The notes beneath the pieces are model-generated. The model was not told the origin of the DNA and did no database searches. It saw nothing but the letters and a program-made list of their open reading frames with translations. Shown in pieces: positions 39,121 to 48,882 of a stretch of 64,000 nucleotides of DNA. The translations under genes were made by a program, and so were the position numbers. Origin of the DNA: an uncultured cyanobacterium (GTDB taxonomy: Bacteria; Cyanobacteriota; Cyanobacteriia; Leptolyngbyales; Leptolyngbyaceae); assembly GCA_963766075.1 (NCBI GenBank), contig CAVYAN010000048.1, positions 32,001 through 96,000 of the forward strand. Reading direction: 5' to 3'. How positions within the stretch are numbered: position 1 is the first letter of the stretch; each line of letters begins with the position of its first letter.

Positions 39121-39442
39121 AACAATCATTAGAGAGCGCCGCAAAACCCAATCAGGAGAGCAATACGACTGCTCCCTGTACTACTTTAGTAAGTACAAAA
39201 AGTTTGCGGCCAACGTGACGAAATTAGAGTCCGGATGCGGGCCGAATGATTGTAGATTTCTGTCTACAAACATAAGAAGCCAGAACCTTGCAATCTCTGT
39301 CACTCGGTACAGTCCAAAGCTGGCCAAACAGGCGGAAGGGTTATTCCCAGACGCCGTGGAGGCGCTGATTTGCAAGTTTGAAGGAATTGACGGCCCCAGT
39401 AACTCTGAGGTCGTCAAATCGTCAGTGAAAGGAGTGGACTAA
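39113..39442 (+). CDS. Hypothetical protein, paralog B
   Basis: Start MDRTIIRERRKT at 39113 after AGGAG. Confidence 0.65.
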   Translation: MDRTIIRERRKTQSGEQYDCSLYYFSKYKKFAANVTKLESGCGPNDCRFLSTNIRSQNLAISVTRYSPKLAKQAEGLFPDAVEALICKFEGIDGPSNSEVVKSSVKGVD

Positions 39443-39445
39443 ACC

Positions 39446-39889
39446 CTAGGAAGCTACGCCAAAATAGGCACTGCCTGGAGCAGGAGCGGGCGGAAGGAGG
39501 TCAGTATCAGCGCTGGAGCTTTCGAGTTGATTCAAGATTGAATCTAAATTGTCCAGCTCCTGCGTCAGTTGGCCATCTTCCGTTTCGTCCTGATTTCGGT
39601 AGGAATCAAAGGCGGCTTGAATTTCAACCTGCGCGGCTTGTGCGGCGGCTACTTGAGCGAGGGCAACCTGCTCGCCTTGCCGAGCTTGTTCAGCAGCGTG
39701 TACATTCACAGCCGCCGTTTCATGGGCTGCGATCAGTTCTTGTGTGAGGCGCAAAATCTCACCCGATTTTGCAACATCTGAATCAGCAAGGCTTTTTACT
39801 TGAGCTTCTAGCGCGACTAGGCGGGCGGTGTAGGTCGTAAACACAGCGGCGACACGCCGTAATTTGTCAACAATTTGGCTTACAGACAT
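39446..39889 (-). CDS. Coiled-coil protein
   Basis: Ala/Gln-rich heptads. Confidence 0.55.
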   Translation of the reverse strand: MSVSQIVDKLRRVAAVFTTYTARLVALEAQVKSLADSDVAKSGEILRLTQELIAAHETAAVNVHAAEQARQGEQVALAQVAAAQAAQVEIQAAFDSYRNQDETEDGQLTQELDNLDSILNQLESSSADTDLLPPAPAPGSAYFGVAS

Positions 39890-40066
39890 AGTTCTCGTTG
39901 GTTCTCGATTGTAGAAAAAGATGTAGTGAATCTGGCCGGATTCACCCTCTTAGTAATCCCCTTGCACGAGAACAAGGCCCACCTTTTTTAGTGGCGTTTT
40001 ATTCCACTCTGAAAAGGTCTTTTGCAAATTGTTTTGTTTTGTAAAGTTGATTATTGTGAGGCTGAT

Positions 40067-40759
40067 ATGTATTTACGTGACGCGGCGTGCGGGGACAAGC
40101 CAACTAATGCCCGCATAGATTTTGATGCCAGCACCGATCTCTTAGTCGGAATGGTCGCCCAACTGGCAGCGATCGGACATGAGGCAGCTCGGGAAATAGT
40201 CACAGCATTAGCCGGAGGCGGCGATCCAAAAGCCGCGCTCCGACAGGCGAGCTATGAGGAGCTGCTAAGCCTTGGATTGACGGAGGAGCAAGCGCTCTGC
40301 TTGCTGGCAGCTATTTATTTGGGCAAATGTCTTTATTTGCCGCCTACAATTTCGCGGAAAACCGCGCTTGATACACCCTATGAGGCCGCAGCTTTTTTCT
40401 ATCCTGAGCTAGCTTTCCAGTCAGTCGAAAAAGCTGCGGTTGTGGTGATGAATAACAAACATCATGTCCTTGGCATGTGGGTTGTCAGCCAGGGAGACGT
40501 GCAGGAGACACTTCTGAGCCCAAGGCTCGTCTTCAATCACGCGATAAGGCTTTCGGGTGCTGCGGTGATTATTGCTCACAATCATCCTTCGGGGGTGGTG
40601 AACCCGAGTGAGGAAGACTTGGAACTAACCAAAGGTCTTCTAGCAGCTTCCAACATTGTCGGCATCCAACTGCTGGATCACTTAATCATCGGCAACGGGA
40701 CGTATCGTTCAATCAGGGAATCCACAGGCTTGTGGCCTAGCGACTGGAGCGCCGCCTGA
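40067..40759 (+). CDS. radC: RadC-family JAB-domain protein
   Basis: E...IIAHNHPSG-x2-NPSEED-x2-LT...LLDHLIIG. Likely start at ATG 40067. Confidence 0.92.
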   Translation: MYLRDAACGDKPTNARIDFDASTDLLVGMVAQLAAIGHEAAREIVTALAGGGDPKAALRQASYEELLSLGLTEEQALCLLAAIYLGKCLYLPPTISRKTALDTPYEAAAFFYPELAFQSVEKAAVVVMNNKHHVLGMWVVSQGDVQETLLSPRLVFNHAIRLSGAAVIIAHNHPSGVVNPSEEDLELTKGLLAASNIVGIQLLDHLIIGNGTYRSIRESTGLWPSDWSAA

Positions 40760-41267
40760 GCCACCACGAGCCGAGCCAATCGGCGATCGAATGACTCATG
40801 GCCCCCAGCTCCAAACCGCCAAAGGTAGAGAGCCAATATGTTGGTGGCCACCCTCTAGAGAATTCGTCAAAAGACTGGAGCGCCGACAGTGCAGGGCTGA
40901 AATCTACCTCTTGCCCCTGAGCGATCGCCGCCCCCGCGATCGCCACTAATGTCGCAGTGCCCAGAAGCGATAGGACTATGGCGAGATAAATGCAGCGGCC
41001 CACCGTGCCGAAAAGGAAGCCGTGGGACCAAAGCGATCGGTGTCGAAGACTGCGCCGATAGGGGATCCAAATCCAAGACAAAATGCCCCATCGGCGGCTC
41101 TGCACTGACACGATGTCAAGGTCAGGGCCAAACATGAGGCCCGCAAACAAAAAGCTGCCTGAAAAAATCAGGGATGTTGCCAAATCCTGATTTTTTGCGT
41201 ACATCGCGATGACAGCGATCGGGGTGCAAATCAGGGTAATTCTGTCGTGAGTTTTGCCGCTAGGCAT
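40737..41267 (-). CDS. DUF2227-like putative metal-binding membrane protein
   Basis: MPSGKTHDRITL, MFGPDLD, WIPY-x4-RHRS-x2-SHG, ELGAMSH-x2-AD; a family typical of cyanobacteria. Confidence 0.8.
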   Translation of the reverse strand: MPSGKTHDRITLICTPIAVIAMYAKNQDLATSLIFSGSFLFAGLMFGPDLDIVSVQSRRWGILSWIWIPYRRSLRHRSLWSHGFLFGTVGRCIYLAIVLSLLGTATLVAIAGAAIAQGQEVDFSPALSALQSFDEFSRGWPPTYWLSTFGGLELGAMSHSIADWLGSWWLRRRSSR

Positions 41268-41328
41268 TGCTTTTTGTCGTTGGTTGGTTCGCTCATACTA
41301 TCATAAGGAAGTCAAGGGAGTTTCACGG

Positions 41329-41934
41329 ATGGACAGAAAGACTCGGGCGATTTTTCGCAGAAGGGAGGTCATTTTTGAAACCTTCACCGTCCCCGTGGTG
41401 GGCGATTTTGTCGTTTTTACCGACGATGTGACCCACCGGATTTGTCACGTCTGGCCTGATTCTGTCCAGCCAGCCGAGGGAGGGAAATTTTACCTCTCAG
41501 CGCGGGGAGTTATGGAGTTTGAGGGAGCGCTGGGCGATCGCACCAGCAGGCAACATCTCCGGCTCCTGCCCAAGCGCTGGAAAGGGGTGGCGTGGATCCA
41601 CCGTGAGGGCGTGTTTGGAAGCAAGGAAGCTTCTGGGCAAGTGTTTTGTCGCGTTTGGCAAAGTAGTTTGGCTTCACAACTAAGGAGGGAGAAAGTAATG
41701 CCGTATAAGACGGAGGGCGTTAATTACGTCACGCTCTGGCACGATGGGTTTGCCCGCGTATGGCACATCCGAAGATGTGTGACTTCAGGCAAAGGGGGCT
41801 GCGCTTGGTGCGGTTGCACTAGGAAGCATGGCGGTTTGTTCCAATATGGAACACTTTCAGAGAGCTATGGGGCAAGCCCCAATTGGGAGACAAAAAGCTT
41901 TTGTTCAAAAGGCTGTAGGAGTAGCCACGCATGA
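41329..41934 (+). CDS. Hypothetical protein with C-terminal Cys motifs
   Basis: Likely start MDRKTR; CAWC...FCSKGC. Confidence 0.5.
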   Translation: MDRKTRAIFRRREVIFETFTVPVVGDFVVFTDDVTHRICHVWPDSVQPAEGGKFYLSARGVMEFEGALGDRTSRQHLRLLPKRWKGVAWIHREGVFGSKEASGQVFCRVWQSSLASQLRREKVMPYKTEGVNYVTLWHDGFARVWHIRRCVTSGKGGCAWCGCTRKHGGLFQYGTLSESYGASPNWETKSFCSKGCRSSHA

Positions 41935-43415
41935 GCAGTATGAAAAACATAGACCGATCGACTATTTACCGGCGTCGTCAAGCCTTCTTTGCCCAATACG
42001 ATGCGCTGTGTGCGGAAAACGTGGAAACAGGCTCCGGCCTCGAAAAGCATGAGATTTTGAGCCTGTTGATGGTGAAAAAGGGCGAGGGCTTTGACCTTGC
42101 TCACATAGCGGAAAACACGGGCCTGAGTGTACAACAAGTAGAAGCATTGGGAGAGGCTACTGACTGCCTGGATGTGTACATTCAGACGCTACGTCCCCTG
42201 CCTTCAGTGCAGGGGGTTTCGTCCTTGCCAGTGGGGCTCCGGATGTTCATTGCAACGGACCCTCTGCTCATGGCGGCGCACATCGACGAATTGATTGTGG
42301 ATAACTGTGCTGTCTTGGAGCAGCTTGCTCGAAATATAAGGCTCTCCAAGGCGCATATCGACACACTTTTATCTTTCCAGGATGTTCATGTTTTGCGTGT
42401 TCTGGCAGAGCATCCGAACCTCACGGCGAGCCAAATTAATGAGCTAATCGACGATGGGGATGAAGAGCTACTAGAAATAGTGGCTAGGCATCCAAATTTA
42501 ACGAATCAAAACATTAACAAACTTCTGGAACTGGAGGATCTTCGTGTTTTGTGGGCTTTGGCAGAGCATCCAAGCCTCACGACAGAACCCTATAGCTATA
42601 GCCACATCGATTGGCTTATCGATGTGGAGGATGAGGAGCTACTAAAAATAGTGGCTAAGCATCCGAGCCTTACGCCGCGACTCCTCAGTCGGCTTATCGA
42701 TGATGAGGATATGGACTTGCTGGAGATAGTGGCTAGGCATCCGAACTTAACGACTGAGAACATTGACGAAATCCTGAAGCTTCACGATGACATTATCGTC
42801 TTGAGGATTCTGGCAGCGCATCCGAACCTCACGGCAGCGCACATCAATCAACTCATCGACGGCGGGGATGAAGAGCTACTAGAAATAGTGGCGAAGCGTT
42901 CGGACCTCACAGAGGCTCACATAGATCGCATCCTCAAGGCTGGGTCCGTAAATGCCCGCTACGCTCTAATTAGAAACCCGAACCTCACACAAAAGCACAT
43001 GGATCGCCTTTTGGAGGATGAAGATTACGGCGTCGCAACTGGCATGGGCGGGCATTGTGCGGCAGCTCTCGTGGCAAAAAACTCGAAAAAAGGAGAATCT
43101 TCTATGTCTAAGAAAGTCTGTACTGGGCTGGACGGCAACGAATATGTTTTCGATCAAGACAGATCGCAGCAGTGGCCGGAAGATACCGTCTTTGACGGAA
43201 ACAGCCACGTCTCCTGCGCGACGGGCTCTCAGTGGACCCATGAGGGTCTGTATCTGACGGCGGGTGGGAGATGGATCAAGGAGTCATGGGGCTCTAGCGG
43301 AGAGGGGAGCAGTTTCAATGAGATTACCGCCAAAGACGCGGTAATTTGGTTTGTCAAAAACAATGCCGAAATTCCCGATGAATTGCAGGCGGCGCTCAAA
43401 GAGGTAGAGATTTAA
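41931..43415 (+). CDS. Leucine-rich-variant/HEAT-like repeat protein fused to an unrelated C-terminal domain
   Basis: About nine ~24-aa repeats (VA-x-HPNLT-x3-I-x2-LI-x-D); internal RBS+ATG at 43104. Confidence 0.75.
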   Translation: MSSMKNIDRSTIYRRRQAFFAQYDALCAENVETGSGLEKHEILSLLMVKKGEGFDLAHIAENTGLSVQQVEALGEATDCLDVYIQTLRPLPSVQGVSSLPVGLRMFIATDPLLMAAHIDELIVDNCAVLEQLARNIRLSKAHIDTLLSFQDVHVLRVLAEHPNLTASQINELIDDGDEELLEIVARHPNLTNQNINKLLELEDLRVLWALAEHPSLTTEPYSYSHIDWLIDVEDEELLKIVAKHPSLTPRLLSRLIDDEDMDLLEIVARHPNLTTENIDEILKLHDDIIVLRILAAHPNLTAAHINQLIDGGDEELLEIVAKRSDLTEAHIDRILKAGSVNARYALIRNPNLTQKHMDRLLEDEDYGVATGMGGHCAAALVAKNSKKGESSMSKKVCTGLDGNEYVFDQDRSQQWPEDTVFDGNSHVSCATGSQWTHEGLYLTAGGRWIKESWGSSGEGSSFNEITAKDAVIWFVKNNAEIPDELQAALKEVEI

Positions 43416-43606
43416 TGGAGGTTTATATCGAAGTCCGCTGGGGCGAAAAGTGCAATAGCACTAGATGCTGGATGCGGTGCTACTACGCGATCACATCTTT
43501 AGAAACTCGCATGGATGTGGTTCAGCCGTGGAGCGATTCAAGGCGGGCAGCGATCGCCCTGGCGAAAGACCTCAATTACACGGTCGTTAAAAAGCCTCGG
43601 CGGTGA
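43415..43606 (+). CDS. Hypothetical protein
   Basis: TAATG coupling. Confidence 0.45.
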   Translation: MEVYIEVRWGEKCNSTRCWMRCYYAITSLETRMDVVQPWSDSRRAAIALAKDLNYTVVKKPRR

Positions 43607-43727
43607 CAGATTTGCTGTCGTCAATGACAGATTAGTGTCACCAGTGACAGATTCGCTGTCGTCAATAACGAATTAGCGTCATCAGTGACAGATTCGCTGT
43701 CGTTCAGTGACAGTAATTTGTCACCAA
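43603..43727. repeat. Three 41-bp tandem units of paired TGACAG...TGTC palindromic boxes
   Basis: GTGACAGATTYGCTGTCGT at 43603, 43644 and 43685. Confidence 0.8.
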
Positions 43728-43743
43728 TAGTAGGGGTTTCAAC

Positions 43744-44049
43744 ATGGGTTTCAATAAACACGATCTGACCGACAAAATTAGCTGCATGAACCAGCAGTTA
43801 AAGGAAGCAGGGCACGACATCCGCTTTGTTTCCAGCGGGGAAAACGGGCGGCAAGTTGTGAACGCCTGGTCAGTGACGATTGACGGAGACGAATTCAGCA
43901 CAATTCAGTACCAAGTCTGCTGCGGTTCGCCGCGTGAGTGCTCTGAGAAGGCATGGGCCAAGATGCACCAGCTTTTGCATGAGCATTACAAGGATTTGTA
44001 TGAAAAGTTTGTTCACAAAAAAGGAGGACACAATGTCCAGATTCACTGA
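43744..44049 (+). CDS. Hypothetical protein, triplicated family copy 1
   Basis: F-x3-DL-x3-I-x2-N-x4-AG-x-D-x-RF motif. Confidence 0.65.
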   Translation: MGFNKHDLTDKISCMNQQLKEAGHDIRFVSSGENGRQVVNAWSVTIDGDEFSTIQYQVCCGSPRECSEKAWAKMHQLLHEHYKDLYEKFVHKKGGHNVQIH

Positions 44050-44404
44050 AAAAGACTTGCTTGAAGAAATCGGGCGGATAAATGCAGAATTTGAGAAGGC
44101 GGGGCATGACACCCGCTTTATTGTCAGACCTGGATATGGACGCCAGTACATCTACACCCAGTCAATAAAAAGTGTTGAATCTGGCTCCACTGCTCATGGC
44201 CCTACAATTTGCTCTGGGACGCCAAGCGAGTGTTCCGCTGTGGCCTGGTGGAGGATGCACGCCATCCTGCACGATCACTACAAAGAGTTGTATGAGAAAA
44301 CCTACAGCATGTTGCAACAAAAAGCTGCTGAAGCTACGCAGTACAAACACTACAAAGCTCTGTATGAGCAGCTCGCCCAAAGTCAGGGGGGAAACGATGC
44401 TTAG
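44033..44404 (+). CDS. Hypothetical protein, triplicated family copy 2
   Basis: Start MSRFTEKDL after AGGAGG. Confidence 0.7.
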   Translation: MSRFTEKDLLEEIGRINAEFEKAGHDTRFIVRPGYGRQYIYTQSIKSVESGSTAHGPTICSGTPSECSAVAWWRMHAILHDHYKELYEKTYSMLQQKAAEATQYKHYKALYEQLAQSQGGNDA

Positions 44405-44756
44405 GTTCACTAAAAAAGACTTAGCCGAAGAGGTCAAGCAGATAAATGCAGAATTTGAGAAGGCGGGGTGTGATGCTCGCTTTGTTCTTCGTCCTGCATA
44501 CGGACGACAGTACGTCTATGTCCAGTCAGTGAAAAGTGTTGAATCTGGCTCCACTAGTCAGGGCGAGAAAATCAGCGATGGGACACCACGCCAGTGTTCT
44601 GATGTCATGTGGCCGAAATATCTTCAGCTCTTGCGTCACCATTACAAAGAGCTGTACGACAAAACTTATGCGGAGCTGGTGGTATACAAAAATCGGTGTG
44701 GGGAAATCGAAGGAGAGCTAGCACAGTTAAGGCAAAAGCAAGGTGAGAAATCATGA
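44397..44756 (+). CDS. Hypothetical protein, triplicated family copy 3
   Basis: Start MLRFTKKDL; DNA-level similarity to copy 2. Confidence 0.7.
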   Translation: MLRFTKKDLAEEVKQINAEFEKAGCDARFVLRPAYGRQYVYVQSVKSVESGSTSQGEKISDGTPRQCSDVMWPKYLQLLRHHYKELYDKTYAELVVYKNRCGEIEGELAQLRQKQGEKS

Positions 44757-45697
44757 TAAATCTGAGCGAAGCTGCGAGCGAGGCATTACGATGTGCCCGC
44801 ATCTCCCCCTACTCCAAAGGAGGATGGCAACTAATCGTAGACAACCCACTGTCCAAGAAGGACTACGCCGCCCTAAAGCGCGTCATTAGCGAACTGAGAG
44901 GCACATGGAATCGGAAGGCTCAAGCGAGCCTCTTCACCTACGATCCAACGGTGGCGATCGCTAATTACCTAAATACCGGCTACATCCCGCCAAAGAACCC
45001 GCATCATTTGTTCATCACGCAGCCAGACGAGATAGGCATCATGCTTGACGACATGATTGTCGGCCTGCGGGAGTTCAAACGGATGCTGGAGCCCAATGCA
45101 GGCACAGGGGCGATCGCAGACGCGCTGCGGCTACGGTGCCCAGATGCGGAAATCGACTGTGCGGAAATCGATGCCGAGCTTAGAGCTGCCTTGGCCGAAC
45201 GGTTTAACATCATTGGGGATGATTTCCTGAAGGTGACCCCAACAGGGGATTATGACTTGGTTGTCATGAATCCGCCGTTCCATGGCGTGACCTACCAGAA
45301 GCATGTTCGCCATGCTTGGAAATTTTTACGGGAAGCAGGGGAGCTGTTGTCTATCGTCCCTTCCGCCTTTTTGTTTGACGACAAGTTCAGAAACTTTGTC
45401 TTGCAGTGGGGATATGCCGAGTCCATCGGTTCTCCGTTTGAGGGAACTGACGTGAAGTGTCACATCATCCACATGACGAAGTGTGAGCCTCGGACAGGAG
45501 CAGGAGTTGTCGATGCGTGGGTTCGATTCCTTGATAACTCCTACGAGTTTCACCAAGCCTTGATAGGAGCCCACCCGTCTCGGCTGCAAGCGTTGGTCGA
45601 GGAACACATGCGCCGTCTGGCAGAATCTGAGATGGGTACCTTCTACAACGAAGATACGATCTCGGGTCTGATTAAACATTGGAAAGGAGATGAGTAG
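44753..45697 (+). CDS. Amino (N6-adenine-type) DNA methyltransferase
   Basis: MLEPNAGTGAIA (motif I), CAEID, GDDFL, VVMNPPF (motif IV). Confidence 0.85.
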   Translation: MINLSEAASEALRCARISPYSKGGWQLIVDNPLSKKDYAALKRVISELRGTWNRKAQASLFTYDPTVAIANYLNTGYIPPKNPHHLFITQPDEIGIMLDDMIVGLREFKRMLEPNAGTGAIADALRLRCPDAEIDCAEIDAELRAALAERFNIIGDDFLKVTPTGDYDLVVMNPPFHGVTYQKHVRHAWKFLREAGELLSIVPSAFLFDDKFRNFVLQWGYAESIGSPFEGTDVKCHIIHMTKCEPRTGAGVVDAWVRFLDNSYEFHQALIGAHPSRLQALVEEHMRRLAESEMGTFYNEDTISGLIKHWKGDE

Positions 45698-45699
45698 AG

Positions 45700-46284
45700 A
45701 TGACCACCATTACAGAACAGACCTACCGCGATCGCCGCCGACAGGTTTTGGATTGGATAAAAGCCAATCCCCAGCATTGGAACCAAGTCGATTGGCACTG
45801 CCAGACTAGCCATTGTGTCGCTGGCGTGGCTGAAATGTTTTCCTTGAACCTCGATCCCATGAGTCCGTCTGACTGCGAAACAGTCATTTACGACATGCTC
45901 AAGTCCGGTCTAAAGATTCCAACGCCTTTGCGGGCACGGGAATGGATGGGCCTGTCTGAGGCTCAAGCAGACACCCTTTTCGATGCTGACAACAGCCTCG
46001 GCTATATCGAGAAATTGTTCGGCTGCATCGATCCAATTCCAGACAGTTTTGAAAACCTCCCATCCTACTTGTTAGAGTTTATTGCCGCCTATCCCCGCTT
46101 GACGGAGGATCAGCTTGATCGGCTTGTAAAACATGAGGACTGGCAAGTGCGGGAGATCGCCGCCGCGCATCCTAATCTGACGGCCTCTAACATCGATCGG
46201 CTAATAGCCGATGAGGATTCAGATGTGCGGCTTACCGTTAGAAGGCATCCCCTCTTTAGCGGAGGCGTATGCAGCCCAACCTAA
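45700..46284 (+). CDS. Hypothetical protein with C-terminal LRV-like repeats
   Basis: WNQ-x2-W-x-C-x-TSHCVAG N-terminus; AAHPNLT repeat. Confidence 0.6.
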   Translation: MTTITEQTYRDRRRQVLDWIKANPQHWNQVDWHCQTSHCVAGVAEMFSLNLDPMSPSDCETVIYDMLKSGLKIPTPLRAREWMGLSEAQADTLFDADNSLGYIEKLFGCIDPIPDSFENLPSYLLEFIAAYPRLTEDQLDRLVKHEDWQVREIAAAHPNLTASNIDRLIADEDSDVRLTVRRHPLFSGGVCSPT

Positions 46285-47246
46285 AAGACTACGATCGCAT
46301 CCTGGTTGCGTTCAGTGGCGGCAAAGATTCAATCGCCAGCTACTTACACCTACTCGACTGCGGAGTCGATCCCAAGAAAATTGAATTGCATCACCATCTA
46401 GTGGATGGGCGCGAAGGGTCAACTTTATTCGACTGGCCTTGCACTGAAAGCTACTGCCGCGAAGTAGCCAAAATATATGGATTGCCCATTTATTTCAGTT
46501 GGCTTGAGGGCGGCCTAGAGCGGGAGATGTGCAGGGACAATCAGCCCAAGGCTCGAACCTGGTTTGAAACGCCCAATGGGCTTAAATCAACGGGTGGCAA
46601 AGGGAAGCCGGGAACCCGTCGCAAGTTCCCAGCTAAAGTACGTCAGCTCAAAGAGCGCTGGTGTAGCGCCTACGCCAAAATCGACGTAATGTCGGCAGCG
46701 ATCGCGGGACAATCCCGCTTCAACCACACATGGACGCTGGTTGTCACTGGCGAGCGAGCCGAGGAAAGCCCAGGGCGGGCCAAGTATGCGGAGTTTGAGG
46801 AACACCGTTCAGACCGTCGCTCGGGCAACCTGCGCCGCCACGTTGACCACTGGCGTCCGGTTCACAAGTGGGGTCGAAATAGGGTGTGGGAGCGCATGGC
46901 CGTTGAGGGTATCGTGGCGCATCCAGCCTATCACTTGGGGTTTGGCAGGCTGTCTTGCCAGCGGTGCATTTTTGGTTCGCCAAACCAGTGGGCCACAAAT
47001 TTTCACATCTCACCCGCCGAGACGCAGCGCATGGCGAACTATGAGGATGATTTTCAGTTCACATTGGACAGAAAGTTTTCCCTGCCAGAGCTTGCCGCGA
47101 AGGGTACTGTCTATTCAGCGATCGCCCAAAACGAGGGAGCGCTTAGAGCCGCCCTGCGGAGGGAGTACGTGGATAGAATCCTCGTGTCTCCCGATGAATG
47201 GCAGATGCCTGCGGGAGCGTTCGGGGAAAACAATGGTCCAATCTAA
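46269..47246 (+). CDS. PAPS reductase-family (PP-loop) protein
   Basis: VAFSGGKDS, RWCS-x2-AKI, VTGERAEES-x2-R, HPAY-x2-GFGRLSC-x2-CI. Confidence 0.88.
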   Translation: MQPNLKDYDRILVAFSGGKDSIASYLHLLDCGVDPKKIELHHHLVDGREGSTLFDWPCTESYCREVAKIYGLPIYFSWLEGGLEREMCRDNQPKARTWFETPNGLKSTGGKGKPGTRRKFPAKVRQLKERWCSAYAKIDVMSAAIAGQSRFNHTWTLVVTGERAEESPGRAKYAEFEEHRSDRRSGNLRRHVDHWRPVHKWGRNRVWERMAVEGIVAHPAYHLGFGRLSCQRCIFGSPNQWATNFHISPAETQRMANYEDDFQFTLDRKFSLPELAAKGTVYSAIAQNEGALRAALRREYVDRILVSPDEWQMPAGAFGENNGPI

Positions 47247-47330
47247 CGGAGATTCAATTCAATGAAAAGAATGTATGGGTTTGCCAACATAAGCGATGTG
47301 GTTTTTGAAAGTGGAGGCGGCTGAAATTTT

Positions 47331-47567
47331 ATGACTTTAATCAACTATAGGTTCACTGGGGATTCAGATGATGAAGTTTGGGAAGGCAGCTTCGATTATC
47401 CAGGTGATGTATCGTCCGTTTTAAGGCCAAATAGCTTTATTGGTGGGGCTAAAACGACAAAGGCTGCGGCGCTGGAGTCCGACATATCCAAAATGGCAAG
47501 AAAGGCGCTTCGCTCAGACCACGGACCCCAAAGCTACATCAAGCAAAAACTATGGGTTGCGCAGTAA
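47331..47567 (+). CDS. Hypothetical protein
   Basis: Short ORF in the + strand chain. Confidence 0.45.
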   Translation: MTLINYRFTGDSDDEVWEGSFDYPGDVSSVLRPNSFIGGAKTTKAAALESDISKMARKALRSDHGPQSYIKQKLWVAQ

Positions 47568-47587
47568 CAAAGATCGACAGGAGAAAG

Positions 47588-48166
47588 ATGATGCAAAGAG
47601 TCGAAATTTTTCAAGGACTTGGTGGAGATGCTACGCATGGTGATATTTCAGACTTCTATCCCAGGTACCTTGCAGCGCTCAAGCTAGCAATTGACACGGC
47701 AGAACCATTTGATACAGGCTGGTATGGCTGCAAAAAAGAAATCCAAACCGCCCGGATCTCCTGTTTGCAGGATCCAGAGAAAGTAGAGATCCAGGTGTCC
47801 TGCGGCATGGATAACACTAACGATTTGATCGATACTGCGATCTGGGAAGCTTTCGGCAAAAATGACTATGCCGGATCTGGCTATGAGGCGATGCGGAAGC
47901 GCTACCCCGGCGCAACTGACGCGCAGATTGAAAGAGCGATTGAGCGAATCCAGGACAGGACGCATGGTGACATTACCATGGGCGATGACAATTACGCGAA
48001 ATCCGAAAAGGTAATAGAGATTGGCTCACCGGAAGAAGCGATGGAGGCGATCATGGCAACGCTTCAAGAGTTGGCGGCTTCCTCTACACGGGAACTGAAG
48101 CAGCGTTATCAGTCGCTTGTGAACATCATTCGTGACAGCATGGACAATCTGATGGAGGAAGCATGA
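47588..48166 (+). CDS. Hypothetical protein
   Basis: Likely start MMQRVE after AGGAG. Confidence 0.6.
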   Translation: MMQRVEIFQGLGGDATHGDISDFYPRYLAALKLAIDTAEPFDTGWYGCKKEIQTARISCLQDPEKVEIQVSCGMDNTNDLIDTAIWEAFGKNDYAGSGYEAMRKRYPGATDAQIERAIERIQDRTHGDITMGDDNYAKSEKVIEIGSPEEAMEAIMATLQELAASSTRELKQRYQSLVNIIRDSMDNLMEEA

Positions 48167-48483
48167 CTTTAGTTTGCCACAGCCATCCCCATCCAGTTCA
48201 GATCGGTGACAGGATCGAGGATGGTTTATTGATTTGCGACGGGCACCAAGTGCTCATGAGCCCAGAGCCAGGGCTCCCAGAAGCTTCTTTCGACGTTCTC
48301 TGGGAGGACGATGAAAAAGAGTGGTATTTTCATCTTTCTTACACATCGCCAGAATGGCTGAAGGTGCCCGAGGGCGTTGCAGTTGTTCCAATCTGGAAAA
48401 CTCAGAAACAGTTGGACGATGAAAGAACTGAGGCAGAAGATTGCGACTGCTACAGGGATACAAAATCTGTTAGATGCTACTAA
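48163..48483 (+). CDS. Hypothetical protein
   Basis: ATGA overlap, RBS GGAGG. Confidence 0.55.
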   Translation: MTLVCHSHPHPVQIGDRIEDGLLICDGHQVLMSPEPGLPEASFDVLWEDDEKEWYFHLSYTSPEWLKVPEGVAVVPIWKTQKQLDDERTEAEDCDCYRDTKSVRCY

Positions 48484-48501
48484 GGGGCACATAGGAGATT
48501 T

Positions 48502-48865
48502 ATGATTAGCGAAGCCTTTCAATACAAAAGCCTTGGCCATGTCAAAGTGGTCGAAAATGTAAAAAATGACCGCACGGGAAATCCGATCGTCCTAGTTTTT
48601 GTGGGACAAACAGAGGATTGTTTTTATCAGGAAGTTGTTGAGGGGGGGTGTTATCCGAGCGGGCGTAGAGGTTTACGGAACCTTTTACGCTTCCTACGAG
48701 CCGAGCGAGGGGAGGCGAAGCTGGGTTACGGAACATCGCTCCATGGACAGCGCCCTAGCCGCCCTGGAGGAAACCCTGGAGCTTATAAGGAGGCTAAAGA
48801 GCAGTAGCCCCTTTGGCCCGCCGCCTCTTCGGCCATGGCTCGCGCCTCAGTCTTTGGGAATTTAA
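48502..48865 (+). pseudogene. Gene frameshifted at a G7 tract; paralog of 53965..54300
   Basis: The N-half (frame of 48502) and C-half (frame of 48599) each align by eye to the intact 111-aa protein; the switch is at G7 48642-48648. Confidence 0.8.
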
Positions 48866-48882
48866 GTTTACAAAAAGGAGGA

